Origin: Myxococcales bacterium
GTDB taxonomy: Bacteria; Myxococcota_A; Polyangia; Polyangiales; DASUME01
NCBI GenBank assembly: GCA_047601445.1
Contig: JASGJH010000001.1
Location: 7,392,001 to 7,456,000 of the forward strand
Direction: 5' to 3'
Length of the DNA stretch: 64,000 nt
Part shown: one piece after another, positions 40,048-49,847 of the stretch
Layout of the letters: the number at the start of each line of letters is the position of its first letter
How positions within the stretch are numbered: position 1 is the first letter of the stretch
Translations under genes and position numbers: made by a program
Notes under the pieces: model-generated
Database searches by the model: none
Told to the model about the DNA's origin: nothing
What the model saw: only the letters and a program-made list of their open reading frames with translations

Positions 40048-41880
40048 TCACGTCACCGTCACCGACTTCGCGAGGTTGCGGGGGCGGTCGATGGCGCAGT
40101 CACGCGCCAGCGCCGTGTAGTAGGCATAGAGCTGAAGCGGCACGACAGTCAGGATCGATGAGAGAGCCGGATGGTGAGGCGGCAGGGCGATCAGCGTGTC
40201 GGCGAGCTGAGCCGCTTCCTGGTCTCCGGCGTCGGCCACTACGATGAGCGAGGCGCCGCGGGCGGCGAGCTCGCGCAAGTTGCCCAGCATGCGCTCGCGG
40301 GTTTCGTCGGGTGGCACCAATGCCCAGACGGGCGTGCCTGGCTCCACCAGCGCGAGCGGCCCGTGCTTCATGGCGGCTCCCGACACTCCCTCGGCAGGCA
40401 CGTAAGCCACCTCCTTCAGCTTGAGCGCGCCTTCGCTGGCTACGGGCAGGTTGCTGCCGCGGCCCACGAACATGGTGAAGCGCGCGCTCTGGAAGCGCTC
40501 GGCCAGTGCACGGCAGGTGGGGGCGTGTTCGAGCATGGTCTGGACGCGCTGCGCCAGCTGGCCGAGACCGCTCAGCCAGGTACGGCCTTGGTCGGCGCTC
40601 AATCCGCGCAACCGCGCGAAGCGCAAGGCCAGGAGCTGAGCCGCCACCAGCTGCGAGGTAAAGGCCTTGGTGGAGGCGACGCTAACCTCGGGGCCCGCAT
40701 GGGTATAGATGCCGAAGTCGGTCTCACGGGAGAGAGAGCTGCCCGCCACGTTGGCGATGCCCGCCACCAGCGCGCCACGCAGACGCAGCTCGCGCAAGGT
40801 GGCCAGCGTGTCAGCGGTCTCTCCGCTCTGGGAAATGGCCACGTAGAGCGTGCGCGGTTCCACGATGGGGTTTTGTGTCAGCAGCTCCGCGGCATCTTCC
40901 GCGCTGGCGGGGATCCGCGCGTGCCGGTTCATCAAGTAGGCCCCGATTTGCCCCGCGATCAGGCTCGACCCCGCGCCAAAGAACACCACGCGCGTCAGCT
41001 CGTGCAAGCGCGCCTCGTGACCCTGCAAGCCACCGAGCCGTACCGAGGCCACGCTCGGATCGAGCCGCCCGCGCAGGCTGCGGTCGATGGCCGCAGGTTG
41101 CTCATGGATCTCCTTGAGCATGAAGTGCGCGTAACCCGAGAGGTCGGCCTCTTCGGCCGCGTGCAGGATCTTCTGCACGCGATTGTCACGGTCGCGCAGG
41201 TCCAGATCGAAGGTCTTCACGCCGTCTGCCGCGAGCTCCGCGACCTCGTTCTCCTCCAGCACGATCATGCGGTCCGTGTGCGGGCGCAGCGCGAGAGCAT
41301 CGGAGGCGACCCAGCACTCACCGTCTCCAAGCCCTACCACCACCGGGCTCCCGATGCGGGCAGCTACGAGCCGTCCGGGATCGTCGCGGTCCATGGCGAT
41401 GATCCCAGCCGTGCCTTCGACGCGCTTGAGGGCCTGTACGACCGCGCCAACCAGGGACGCGCCAGGGGTGGACAAGCCGCGCCCGATCAGCTCGGCCAGG
41501 ACTTCGCTGTCGGTCTCGGAGCGAAAGCGAACGCCCTGGGCCATCAGGTCCCGGCGCAGCTCCTCCACGTTGTCGAGAATGCCGTTGTGCACGAGCGCGA
41601 CTCGGTTGTGGCTATCGAAGTGAGGGTGACAGTTGGCCTCGGTCACCCCTCCGTGTGTGGCCCAGCGGGTGTGACCAAGCCCGACTTGTCCCGGCAAGCC
41701 CCGTGGCTTGGCCTGCTCGAGCACGCGCAGCGGTCCGATGCGCCGCTCTCGCTGCAGCTCGCCCTGGTCGATGGTCGCGATGCCGGCGGAGTCATAGCCG
41801 CGGTACTCGAGCCGTTTCAATCCGCCGAGCACGACGTCCCACGCAACCTTGGATCCAACGTAGCCCATGATGCCGCACAT
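40048..41880 (-). CDS. glmS: Glutamine-fructose-6-phosphate transaminase (isomerizing)
   Basis: MCGI, EYRGYDSAG, GHTRWATHG, SQSGETADT, EGALKLKE, PRNLAKSVTV. Confidence 0.96.
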   Translation of the reverse strand: MCGIMGYVGSKVAWDVVLGGLKRLEYRGYDSAGIATIDQGELQRERRIGPLRVLEQAKPRGLPGQVGLGHTRWATHGGVTEANCHPHFDSHNRVALVHNGILDNVEELRRDLMAQGVRFRSETDSEVLAELIGRGLSTPGASLVGAVVQALKRVEGTAGIIAMDRDDPGRLVAARIGSPVVVGLGDGECWVASDALALRPHTDRMIVLEENEVAELAADGVKTFDLDLRDRDNRVQKILHAAEEADLSGYAHFMLKEIHEQPAAIDRSLRGRLDPSVASVRLGGLQGHEARLHELTRVVFFGAGSSLIAGQIGAYLMNRHARIPASAEDAAELLTQNPIVEPRTLYVAISQSGETADTLATLRELRLRGALVAGIANVAGSSLSRETDFGIYTHAGPEVSVASTKAFTSQLVAAQLLALRFARLRGLSADQGRTWLSGLGQLAQRVQTMLEHAPTCRALAERFQSARFTMFVGRGSNLPVASEGALKLKEVAYVPAEGVSGAAMKHGPLALVEPGTPVWALVPPDETRERMLGNLRELAARGASLIVVADAGDQEAAQLADTLIALPPHHPALSSILTVVPLQLYAYYTALARDCAIDRPRNLAKSVTVT

Positions 41881-41912
41881 GTTCGTATCCCTTCGCGTGT
41901 CGCCCTAGGCGC

Positions 41913-42179
41913 TCAACCGTAAATGCGTCGTCGGATCTGGCGCGCCGTGAGCGGCTCGGCCCGGAAGCGCAAGGCCTGCAATTCGCGCGCAATCTGTTCG
42001 TAGATCTCGGCGTTGGGCGTGCCCTCGGCCTGGAGTTCGTCGTGCCGCGCACGCACGTAGGTGCCCACGTCCACGTCGAAGCAGTCGAGGACCTCGGCCA
42101 CGGCCCGGGCAGCACGCTCAGGCGACAATCCCAGCACGTGCTGGAGGCGAAGTTCCGCCTCGGTTCGCAGCCGACTCAT
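41913..42179 (-). CDS. Small hypothetical protein upstream of glmS
   Basis: 88 aa, helical, ends LTARQIRRRIYG; co-oriented 33 nt before glmS. Confidence 0.75.
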   Translation of the reverse strand: MSRLRTEAELRLQHVLGLSPERAARAVAEVLDCFDVDVGTYVRARHDELQAEGTPNAEIYEQIARELQALRFRAEPLTARQIRRRIYG

Positions 42180-42316
42180 GCCGGCGACTGTGCGCGCGTG
42201 CGCGCGGGAAGTCGAGCTTCGTGCCCGAATCCGGGCAACGACAGGCCGCCGAGTTTCTCAGACCGGCCGCCCGCGCTGACCATGGCATCCACTGGCGACC
42301 CTGGGGGCCGTTCGTC

Positions 42317-44209
42317 CTAGACCGAGATAGGCGAGAGGTCTCCCGCTGGCGCCACTGGCAAGGTGTCGGCGCGGCGAACCCCCAGCGCGTTCTCCTCGTA
42401 GGCGCGATAGAGCGACGCATAGAAGCCGCGCTCGCCCATCAGCGCGTCGTGGTTGCCGAGCTCCACCACGCGCCCCTCGCGAATCACCGCGATCCGATGC
42501 GCGTCGCGGATGGTGGAGAGGCGGTGCGCGATGATCACCGCGGTCCGGCCCTCGCACAGGCGTCGCAGGGCGAGCTGGATACGGCGTTCGGTCTGCACGT
42601 CCACGGCCGAGGTCGCCTCGTCGAGCACCAGGATGGCCGGGTTGGCGACATACGCGCGCACGAGACACACCAGCTGGCGCTGCCCGTGGCTGAGGTTGGC
42701 CCCGAGGGGCCCCACGTTGGTCTGATAGCCGTGGGAGAGGTTCGAGAGGAGGGCATCGGCACCGAGCTCGCGTGCGGCCGCGATGAGCTCGCGGTCGCTG
42801 GCGTGGGGCGCTGCGAGTCGCAGATTGTCGAGGATCGTGCCGTGGAAGAGCACGTTGTCCTGCAGCACCACGCTCACGTGCTTGCGCAGGTTGGCCTGGC
42901 TGAAGTGACGCACGTCGACTCCGTCGATCCGGACACACCCAGCATTCGCCTCGTAGAAGCGCGTCAAGAGCTGAACCAATGTACTCTTGCCGTGACCGGT
43001 CGGTCCGACGATGGCGAGCACCTCTCCGGGGAACACCTGCAGGTCGAGGTCGTCGATGACCCAGCGCTTACTACCTGGCACGTAGCTGAACTGGACGCGC
43101 TCGAAGCTGACCAATCCTTTCACGCTGGCCGGCTCATGGGGAACCGCCCGGTCGAGGATCTCCGGTTCCGTGTCGAGCAGCAGGAAGATCCGTTGTGCGC
43201 AAGCAGCGCCGTTGGCGTAGCGCTCGAACAGGTCGCTCAGCTCCTGCAGAGGCGCCAGAAAGACGAACACATAGAAAAGGCTGGCGGCCACCTGCCCGAG
43301 CGTGATCTCCCCGTTGGCGACCCCTCGTGCGCCCACGGTGAGCAGCACGCCCATGGCGGTCGCGTTCAACACAGCGGTCAGGGGGGCAAACCAGCTCGAG
43401 CGCAGGTTGCCGCTGATCAGCGCGTGGTTGAAGGCCCGGACCAGCTGGTGATAGCGCTGGTAGTTTTCGGCTTCCTGCACGCACTGCTTGATCACGCGCA
43501 CGCCCGACACGCTCTCGACCAGGTGGGCGGTAAAGCGACTACGGCATTCGGCCACCCGGCCCCAATTGCGCTGCGAAATGCGCTTGAAGAGCATGGTCGC
43601 CAGCGCGAGGATCGGCAGCACGCCCGCCACGCTGAAGAACAGCGCCGGCGCGATCTGATACAGGAGAACGCCGGCCAGCGCGCAGCGCAGAACGGCGGAT
43701 ACGAGCTCTGGCGGCCCCTGGATCAAGAGCGGCTCCAGGGCGTTCACGTCGCTGTCGGCCCGTGCTGTGATCCGGCCTGCCTTGGTACGGTCGAAGTAGC
43801 CTACGCTCAGGCGCTGCACGTGAGAGAAGAGCGCCACACGCAGATCGTTGATCATGCGGATGGCCGCCCTACCAGCGAGATACTGGCCCACGCCGGCCAG
43901 CGCGAAGCGAGCGACCCAGCTAGCCGCCAGGGCGAGCGATGTCCAGAGCACGACGTCGAAGTCGACCCGCAGCGCTCCGTCCTCGCGGATGAAGCCTTTG
44001 TCGATGGTGACCCGCAGCAACCAGGGACGCAGGAAGATGACGCTCACTAGCAATGCCTCGATGAGCACGGCGCCCGCGACCCATCCACGCACGGGACGAA
44101 GCAGTGGAACGAGGCGCTTGAACACGCCGCGTTCGAGCGATTTCTTGGCCAGCGCTTCCTCGAGCTGGATATCGTTGAGGGCTACGTTGTTGCGTACCAA
44201 CGGCGGCAT
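42317..44209 (-). CDS. ABC exporter TMD-NBD subunit
   Basis: GPTGHGKST, LSHGQRQ, LDEATS, IAHRLST. Confidence 0.93.
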   Translation of the reverse strand: MPPLVRNNVALNDIQLEEALAKKSLERGVFKRLVPLLRPVRGWVAGAVLIEALLVSVIFLRPWLLRVTIDKGFIREDGALRVDFDVVLWTSLALAASWVARFALAGVGQYLAGRAAIRMINDLRVALFSHVQRLSVGYFDRTKAGRITARADSDVNALEPLLIQGPPELVSAVLRCALAGVLLYQIAPALFFSVAGVLPILALATMLFKRISQRNWGRVAECRSRFTAHLVESVSGVRVIKQCVQEAENYQRYHQLVRAFNHALISGNLRSSWFAPLTAVLNATAMGVLLTVGARGVANGEITLGQVAASLFYVFVFLAPLQELSDLFERYANGAACAQRIFLLLDTEPEILDRAVPHEPASVKGLVSFERVQFSYVPGSKRWVIDDLDLQVFPGEVLAIVGPTGHGKSTLVQLLTRFYEANAGCVRIDGVDVRHFSQANLRKHVSVVLQDNVLFHGTILDNLRLAAPHASDRELIAAARELGADALLSNLSHGYQTNVGPLGANLSHGQRQLVCLVRAYVANPAILVLDEATSAVDVQTERRIQLALRRLCEGRTAVIIAHRLSTIRDAHRIAVIREGRVVELGNHDALMGERGFYASLYRAYEENALGVRRADTLPVAPAGDLSPISV

Positions 44210-44228
44210 TCCCGAACTCCCGGTGCGT

Positions 44229-46022
44229 TCAGATTCCCATCAGCTCGCGGTAATCCGCGCTGCTCTGCTCGAGCTCCCGGTGCGTCCCCTGAGCTACCAG
44301 CTTGCCGTCGATGAGCACAAGCACTCGGTCGGCCAGGAGCACTGTCGAGAGCTTGCTCGATACGATCAGCACACTCACCGCGCGCCCTTGCGAGCGCTTG
44401 AAGTCCCGGAGATTGTCGAGGATGCGCCGCTCGGTGGCGGCGTCGAGAGCGCTGGTAGCGTCATCGAAGCCCAGGATCGAGGCCTGGCTCAGGAAGGCGC
44501 GCGCAAGGCAGATGCGCTGGCGCTGGCCGCCGGAGAGCGTGATGCCGCGGTCACCGATGCGGGTGTCGAGGCCCTGCTCCAGGCGCTCCAGGACCTCGTC
44601 CGCGCTCGCCAGGCGCAGGGCTTCATGCAGTTCCTCGTCGCTGGCCCCGGGCCGGCTCATCTGCAAGTTGGCTCGCAGCGTATCGGAGAACAGAAAGCTC
44701 TCCTGAGGCACCACGTGCACGCGTCGCCGTAGGTCGCCGTCGGCGAGCTGCTTCACGTCTCTCAGACCCAGCGCATCGGAGCCGATCTTCACGCTCCCAG
44801 CGTCCGCGTCCGCGAGCCTCGGCAGGAGGTTCATCAAGGTGCTCTTGCCACTGCCCGTGTTGCCGACCAATGCCACGATCTCACCGGGTTCCACACGCAG
44901 CGAGACGCGCTCCAGGACGAAGCGCTGGCCCTCTGCCTTCTCCACGTACACGTCCTCGAGGCTGAAACCCAACGGTCCAGGAGGGAGTGCGCTTTGCCCG
45001 CCCTCGTGGCGCGGACGCGCGTCGAGGATTTCCCAGATGCGCGCGGCGGACGAGCGGGCATCCGCGAAGATCTGCATGACGCGGCCCACACTCTCGACGC
45101 GCAGCACGAGGGTGTTCGCGAGCAGCATGGCAGACACGAGCTCGCCGATGTTGAGTCTCTCGAGTCCCACCAGCTGGGCCCCGTAGGCGAGCACCCAGGC
45201 ATGTCCGAGCGCGACGACCATCTGGGGAACCGGGATCCGTGACGAAGCGTAGGCCAGTGCTCGGTAGGAGTTCTGCGTGAAGGTCTCGACCTGGGCGGAG
45301 AAGTCTCTCACACGGGCGCGCTCCAGTCCGAACGCCTTGATCACCCGCACGCCCGCCACGCCTTCGCTCAAGTTTTGGTTCACGTTGTCGTAGGCGTCCC
45401 CCACGGCGCGGTCGAGCGAGACCAGGTGGTTGGTCTGCAGCACGAAGATGCCGAGCCCGATGGCCGTGATCAACAGCGGAACCAGGCCCAACAGCGGGGC
45501 GTACCAGCACAGCATGCCTACCGCGGCCACGATCACGATGGCAGTCTCGACGACCTGGCGCCAGAAGTTCACCAGCGCATCACGCATCTTGTCAGCATCG
45601 CGCGTGGTGCGCGTCACCATGCCGCCGACGCCGTGCTCACGGTGATAGGCCAAGTCGAGTCGCTGCACCTGCGCCATGATGCGAACGCGCAGCAAGTACA
45701 GCAGCTCCTGCCCGATCACCAGGGCGGAAATGCCCGCAAAGTACTGGAGGATGCCGCGCGCCAGCGCGACGCAGGCCAGGAGACCCAACCATCCGAGCGC
45801 GACCTGGTAGTCGAGGCCACCGTCCTGCTGGCGCACCACGGCGACGCCACGCTCGACGTCGTGCACCGCTCTGCCGATCAGCCATTGCTGCAGGACCAGG
45901 CTCAGGTTGCCCACCAGGAACAAGAGCGCCGTCAGCGAGAAGCGCCAGGGCATCTCCCGATAGAGCGCGAAGCAGCGCAGGAGTGGGGACTCGCGGCTGA
46001 CCCGCCAGCTGGTGCTGCTCAT
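44229..46022 (-). CDS. ABC exporter TMD-NBD subunit (degenerate-site partner)
   Basis: GNTGSGKST, LSGGQRQR, Walker B GFDDATS, switch His absent (VSSKLST); GAGG RBS. Confidence 0.92.
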   Translation of the reverse strand: MSSTSWRVSRESPLLRCFALYREMPWRFSLTALLFLVGNLSLVLQQWLIGRAVHDVERGVAVVRQQDGGLDYQVALGWLGLLACVALARGILQYFAGISALVIGQELLYLLRVRIMAQVQRLDLAYHREHGVGGMVTRTTRDADKMRDALVNFWRQVVETAIVIVAAVGMLCWYAPLLGLVPLLITAIGLGIFVLQTNHLVSLDRAVGDAYDNVNQNLSEGVAGVRVIKAFGLERARVRDFSAQVETFTQNSYRALAYASSRIPVPQMVVALGHAWVLAYGAQLVGLERLNIGELVSAMLLANTLVLRVESVGRVMQIFADARSSAARIWEILDARPRHEGGQSALPPGPLGFSLEDVYVEKAEGQRFVLERVSLRVEPGEIVALVGNTGSGKSTLMNLLPRLADADAGSVKIGSDALGLRDVKQLADGDLRRRVHVVPQESFLFSDTLRANLQMSRPGASDEELHEALRLASADEVLERLEQGLDTRIGDRGITLSGGQRQRICLARAFLSQASILGFDDATSALDAATERRILDNLRDFKRSQGRAVSVLIVSSKLSTVLLADRVLVLIDGKLVAQGTHRELEQSSADYRELMGI

Positions 46023-46029
46023 GTGGACC

Positions 46030-47377
46030 TCAGGCGCTCTTGCGCCCGCGCGCACCCGCGCGTGCATGGGGGTGCTGAGGGAAGGGCAGGGCGAGGTGCT
46101 CGCGCAGCGTGGTTCCCGCATACTCGGTGCGGAAGATGCCGCGCCTTTGGAGCTCCGGAACCACCAGCCGGATGAAGTCCTCGAGGTCGTCGGGCAACAG
46201 GGCGGGCTTGAGGTTGAAGCCATCGGCGGCGCCGTTTCGGAACCAATCCTCGAGCTGATCTGCGATGTCCGAGGGCGTCCCGACCACCGTGCGATGACCC
46301 TGTACGGCGCTGAAGCGCACGAGCAGCTGGCGGATGGTCAGGTTCTCGCGCCTGCCGAGCTCCACCGCCTGATGCCAGCGCCCCTGGCCGTTGGCGGGAA
46401 CCGTGATCTCCGCGGGCAGCGGGGCGTCGATGGAGTGCTTGGTGAGGTCCACACCGAAAGCCTCCTTGAGGTTCGAGGTGTCGACCGCTTCCTGAAAGGA
46501 CTCCAGCTTTTCCTGCGCCTCCTGGCGTGAGGATCCGATGTGATAGAAAAGGCCCGGCGATACGATGAGGTGGTCGGGATCTCGGCCGTACTTGGCCAGC
46601 CGCCCCTTGACGTCGCGGTAAAACGACTGCGCTTCCTCGATGTCTTGCGCCGCTGCGTAGATCAGAATCCGCATACTGCGCGGCGAACTCTCGTCCGCTG
46701 TCCGAGTTGCCCGCCTGGAAGAACACCGGGTGACCCTGGAGCGGGCGCGCCACGTCGAGCACGGTGTCGGCATCGAAGTGCTTGCCATGGTGGTGCACCA
46801 CGTGGGCGCTGCTCGGATCGAAGTATTGCCCAGTCTCCTTGTTCGGCTGATCGAACGCGTCGCCGTCCCAGCTATCCCAGAGCTCTCGCGCGAGGTCCAC
46901 GAACTCGGCAGCGCGTTCGTAGCGCTGGCCATGATCCAACGGATTCTTGATGCCAAAGCTCTTGATCGCACTGTCCTGGAGCGAGGAGACGATGTTCCAG
47001 CCGACCCGGCCGTTGCTCAGGTGGTCCAGTGACGAGAGCTGCCGCGCGAGGTTGTAGGGATTGTTGGTGTTGGTGTTCACGGTCGCGACCAGGCCGATAT
47101 GGCTGGTCACCTGGGTCAGCGCGCCGATGAGCGCCAGCGGCTCGAAGCTATCGCCGCGCGGCCTGCGCCCTCCGCGGGTCACCATTTCGGGGTCGGCACC
47201 TACGAAATCCGCGAAGAACGCCAGGTCGAATTTTCCACGCTCTAACAGCTTGACCAGGCTGGCCCAGCGCTCGAAGGAGGGCGGGCCCCCCACTGCCACG
47301 CCCTTGCGCCGCCAGGCGTGGGTGTGAGTTCCGTACTGCTGGACGAACACGGAGAGGACCAGGTGCTTCCGGGACAT
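46030..47377 (-). CDS. NtaA/SnaA/DszA-family LLM monooxygenase 2, frameshifted at about 46667
   Basis: KFDLAFFAD, PYNLARQLSSLDHLS, QAGNSDSGREFAAQYA; removing one base gives DLIYAAAQ continuing to VPELQRRG. Confidence 0.92.
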
Positions 47378-47437
47378 GGAACGGTCTTTCTGGGCAAACC
47401 GGCTCGGCAGTGCGTGCCTCGCGCGGATTGGAGTGGT

Positions 47438-47453
47438 GTCTTCTATACAAGAC
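47438..47453. promoter_or_regulatory. Island operator GTCTTCTATACAAGAC (LLM monooxygenase 2)
   Basis: Overlaps the stop of the upstream gene, 60 nt before ATG 47377. Confidence 0.78.
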
Positions 47454-48567
47454 TTGTGTTCGTCTGGCCAGCGGGAAGCACGCCGCCACGGCCCGTCGGG
47501 CCCGGCGCGGCGCCCTGCGAGCTCGCGTCGCGCTGCGCGACAGAGCGTTCGCGCAAGGCCGCGAGCGGCGCCCGGTCGATCCAGGCGTGGACCTCGAAAT
47601 CAGCCGTCAGAAAGCCCCACTTGAGCAGGAAGTCTTTGTACGCCTCGAGGTGACCGATCCAGTCCTCGCGCAAATCCGTCCGCAGCTGGGTCGGCAAGCG
47701 GGGATAGGCCAACTCGGCGAAGTGCACGGGCATGGCCACCTCGCGCGCGGCGAGCTCCAGAGCATCGCGCGGGTGCTCTTGGGCCCACTGGCCGGCTTCG
47801 AGCACGAGGCCGAGCAGACGCTCGACGACCTCGGGATAGTCGCGCGCGAGGGCGCCGTCCACGGTCAAGGTACGCGGAACTCCGTAGTTCACTCGCACCG
47901 CCGGATCGGGGTGGTTGCCCACGTCGATCACCTCTACGGCTCCAAGGAAGCTCTCGATGGCCTTTCCGCGCGCATCCTTCACGAAGATGGCGTCGACCTC
48001 ACCGTTCAGGAGCGCCAGCACCTCCTCCCCGAATCCATAGGCGAATCCTCGATGAGCTGCCCGGTTGTTCGGCTCGCGCTGTTCGACCTTGGCGAGTTTC
48101 ACGAACTGGACGTCTCGTTCGTCGAGCCCCTCGGTGGCCAGCGCGGCGAGAAAGCCCCGCAGCGCCGCTGCGCCTCGGATGTCGAGGCGCGGCAAGTCAT
48201 CGCTTTGGTGGTGCGGCAGCGCGAGCTTGCGTCCCTTGAGGTCCTTGACCGACTGAATCTTCCTGCCGGGCAGCGTCAAAATCTGTTGGCTCTCGTCCGT
48301 CCAGATCAGTCCGATCAGGCGGGTGTCGCGGCCTTGGGCGCGCGCCCAAATCGCAGGGCTGCTGCCGCCTTGTCGGACCGAGTAGGCGAGCCTGTGGTCG
48401 AAGTGCGAGCGGCGCACGTCCTGGTCGTCGGAGTCACGCAGCGACGCGATCTTGGTGCCGTCGCCGCCGAACGTCTGCTCGAGCCAGCCGAGCCTCGCCG
48501 CAAGGCCGAGGGCGGTGGGAACTCCGCAGCGTGTGTACCAGAGCGTCTCGAGGTGTTTACGAGTCAT
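47443..48567 (-). CDS. DszB-like protein, paralog 3
   Basis: TLWYTRCGVPT, SHFDH, VRQGG, RVNYGVPRTLT; no signal peptide. Confidence 0.85.
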   Translation of the reverse strand: MTRKHLETLWYTRCGVPTALGLAARLGWLEQTFGGDGTKIASLRDSDDQDVRRSHFDHRLAYSVRQGGSSPAIWARAQGRDTRLIGLIWTDESQQILTLPGRKIQSVKDLKGRKLALPHHQSDDLPRLDIRGAAALRGFLAALATEGLDERDVQFVKLAKVEQREPNNRAAHRGFAYGFGEEVLALLNGEVDAIFVKDARGKAIESFLGAVEVIDVGNHPDPAVRVNYGVPRTLTVDGALARDYPEVVERLLGLVLEAGQWAQEHPRDALELAAREVAMPVHFAELAYPRLPTQLRTDLREDWIGHLEAYKDFLLKWGFLTADFEVHAWIDRAPLAALRERSVAQRDASSQGAAPGPTGRGGVLPAGQTNTSLV

Positions 48568-48629
48568 GGGTCCCTTTCGTGGTCGCAGGAAGGCCGGCGT
48601 GGCGCCGTCTTCGCGCGAACAAGGCGCGT

Positions 48630-48645
48630 GTCTATTTTACTAGAC
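48630..48645. promoter_or_regulatory. Island operator GTCTATTTTACTAGAC
   Basis: Single site between divergent DszB-like paralogs 3 and 4. Confidence 0.82.
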
Positions 48646-48722
48646 CAGAGTCCTGCGTCGTGCCACAAAGCTCATGCGTCGGGCTCGACGAACGCCCGAC
48701 CTCATCGCGCTGGAGGTCTCTC

Positions 48723-49826
48723 GTGAGCCAATCTCAGAACCCGTCCAATCCCGTCGAGCTTTGGTATTCGCGCTGTGGCGCCGCCACGGCGTCGGCCATC
48801 GCGATTCGCAAGCACTGGCTACAGGACGAGTTCGATCGCCCGGGCACCGTGCTGCGCTCGCTGCGCGACTCCGAGGACAACGAGATCCAGGACTCTCACT
48901 ACCACCACAAGATCTCCGGCTTTTTCCGTGAGGGTGGGAACATCCCGCCGATTTGGGCTCGCTCTGGTGGGCGCGACACCGTGGTCGTCGGCATCACCTG
49001 GCTCGACGAGTACCAGGGAATCTTGGTGCGCAAGGACAGCAGACTCCGCTCGGTCGCCGACCTGAAGGGCAAGCGGCTCGGCCTGCCTTTGCACAACAAC
49101 CTGATCGATTTCCAGCGCGGCGCGGCCAAGCACGGCTTCACGACTGCCCTCGCGTTGGCGGGCCACGGACCCGACGTCTCCACCTACGTGGACCTGCCGG
49201 CCCCGGCCGAGTCCCGCCGCGGAAACCGCTGGACCGATGACGCCCGCGCGGATCGGCCCCGCTTCGAGGTGGAGGCGCTGCTCGCCGGTAGCGTCGATGC
49301 CATCTTCCTGCGCTTCGCGCACGGCGTGCGCTGGTCGCGCGACGAGCGTCTGCGCCAGGTGATCAACCTCAACGATCTGCCCGACCCCCTGCTGCGTGTG
49401 AACAACGGCACTCCGCGACCCATCACGGTGGACCGCGCCTTTCTGGAGCAGCACCCGAACCTGGTGGCGCGCTATCTGGCTGTCCTGATCAAGACGGCCC
49501 GCTGGGCCGAGGCCAATCCGCAGGACGTGCTGAAGCTGCTGGTTACCGAGGGAGGCGCCGCGAGCGTGGAAGAGGTGCTGGCATCCCATGGGGCGGACGT
49601 GCATCGCTCGTTCCATCCCCAGCTCTCCGAGCGCTACGTGAAGGGCCTCGAGCTCCAGAAGAACTTCTTGCGCGACCACGGCTTCCTGCGGGGCGATTTC
49701 TCGGTTCAGGACTGGGTCGATCCCAGGCCCCTGCGCGCCGCCCAGCAGCTCGTGGAGAAGGAGGCGGGCTTCGCCCAGCCGCACGTCGTGCGTGTCGCCG
49801 CCGAGCTCGCGAGCAGCGCCACCTGA
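48723..49826 (+). CDS. DszB-like protein, paralog 4
   Basis: GGAGG RBS and GTG start; ELWYSRCGAAT, SHYHH, FREGGNIPP, RVNNGTPRPIT. Confidence 0.85.
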   Translation: MSQSQNPSNPVELWYSRCGAATASAIAIRKHWLQDEFDRPGTVLRSLRDSEDNEIQDSHYHHKISGFFREGGNIPPIWARSGGRDTVVVGITWLDEYQGILVRKDSRLRSVADLKGKRLGLPLHNNLIDFQRGAAKHGFTTALALAGHGPDVSTYVDLPAPAESRRGNRWTDDARADRPRFEVEALLAGSVDAIFLRFAHGVRWSRDERLRQVINLNDLPDPLLRVNNGTPRPITVDRAFLEQHPNLVARYLAVLIKTARWAEANPQDVLKLLVTEGGAASVEEVLASHGADVHRSFHPQLSERYVKGLELQKNFLRDHGFLRGDFSVQDWVDPRPLRAAQQLVEKEAGFAQPHVVRVAAELASSAT

Positions 49827-49847
49827 CGCACGAGGAGACGCGCCGCC

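Noticed and set aside
41880..42317. Possible glmS ribozyme
   Set aside because: Only 33 nt separate glmS from the upstream CDS and no ribozyme core was recognised.
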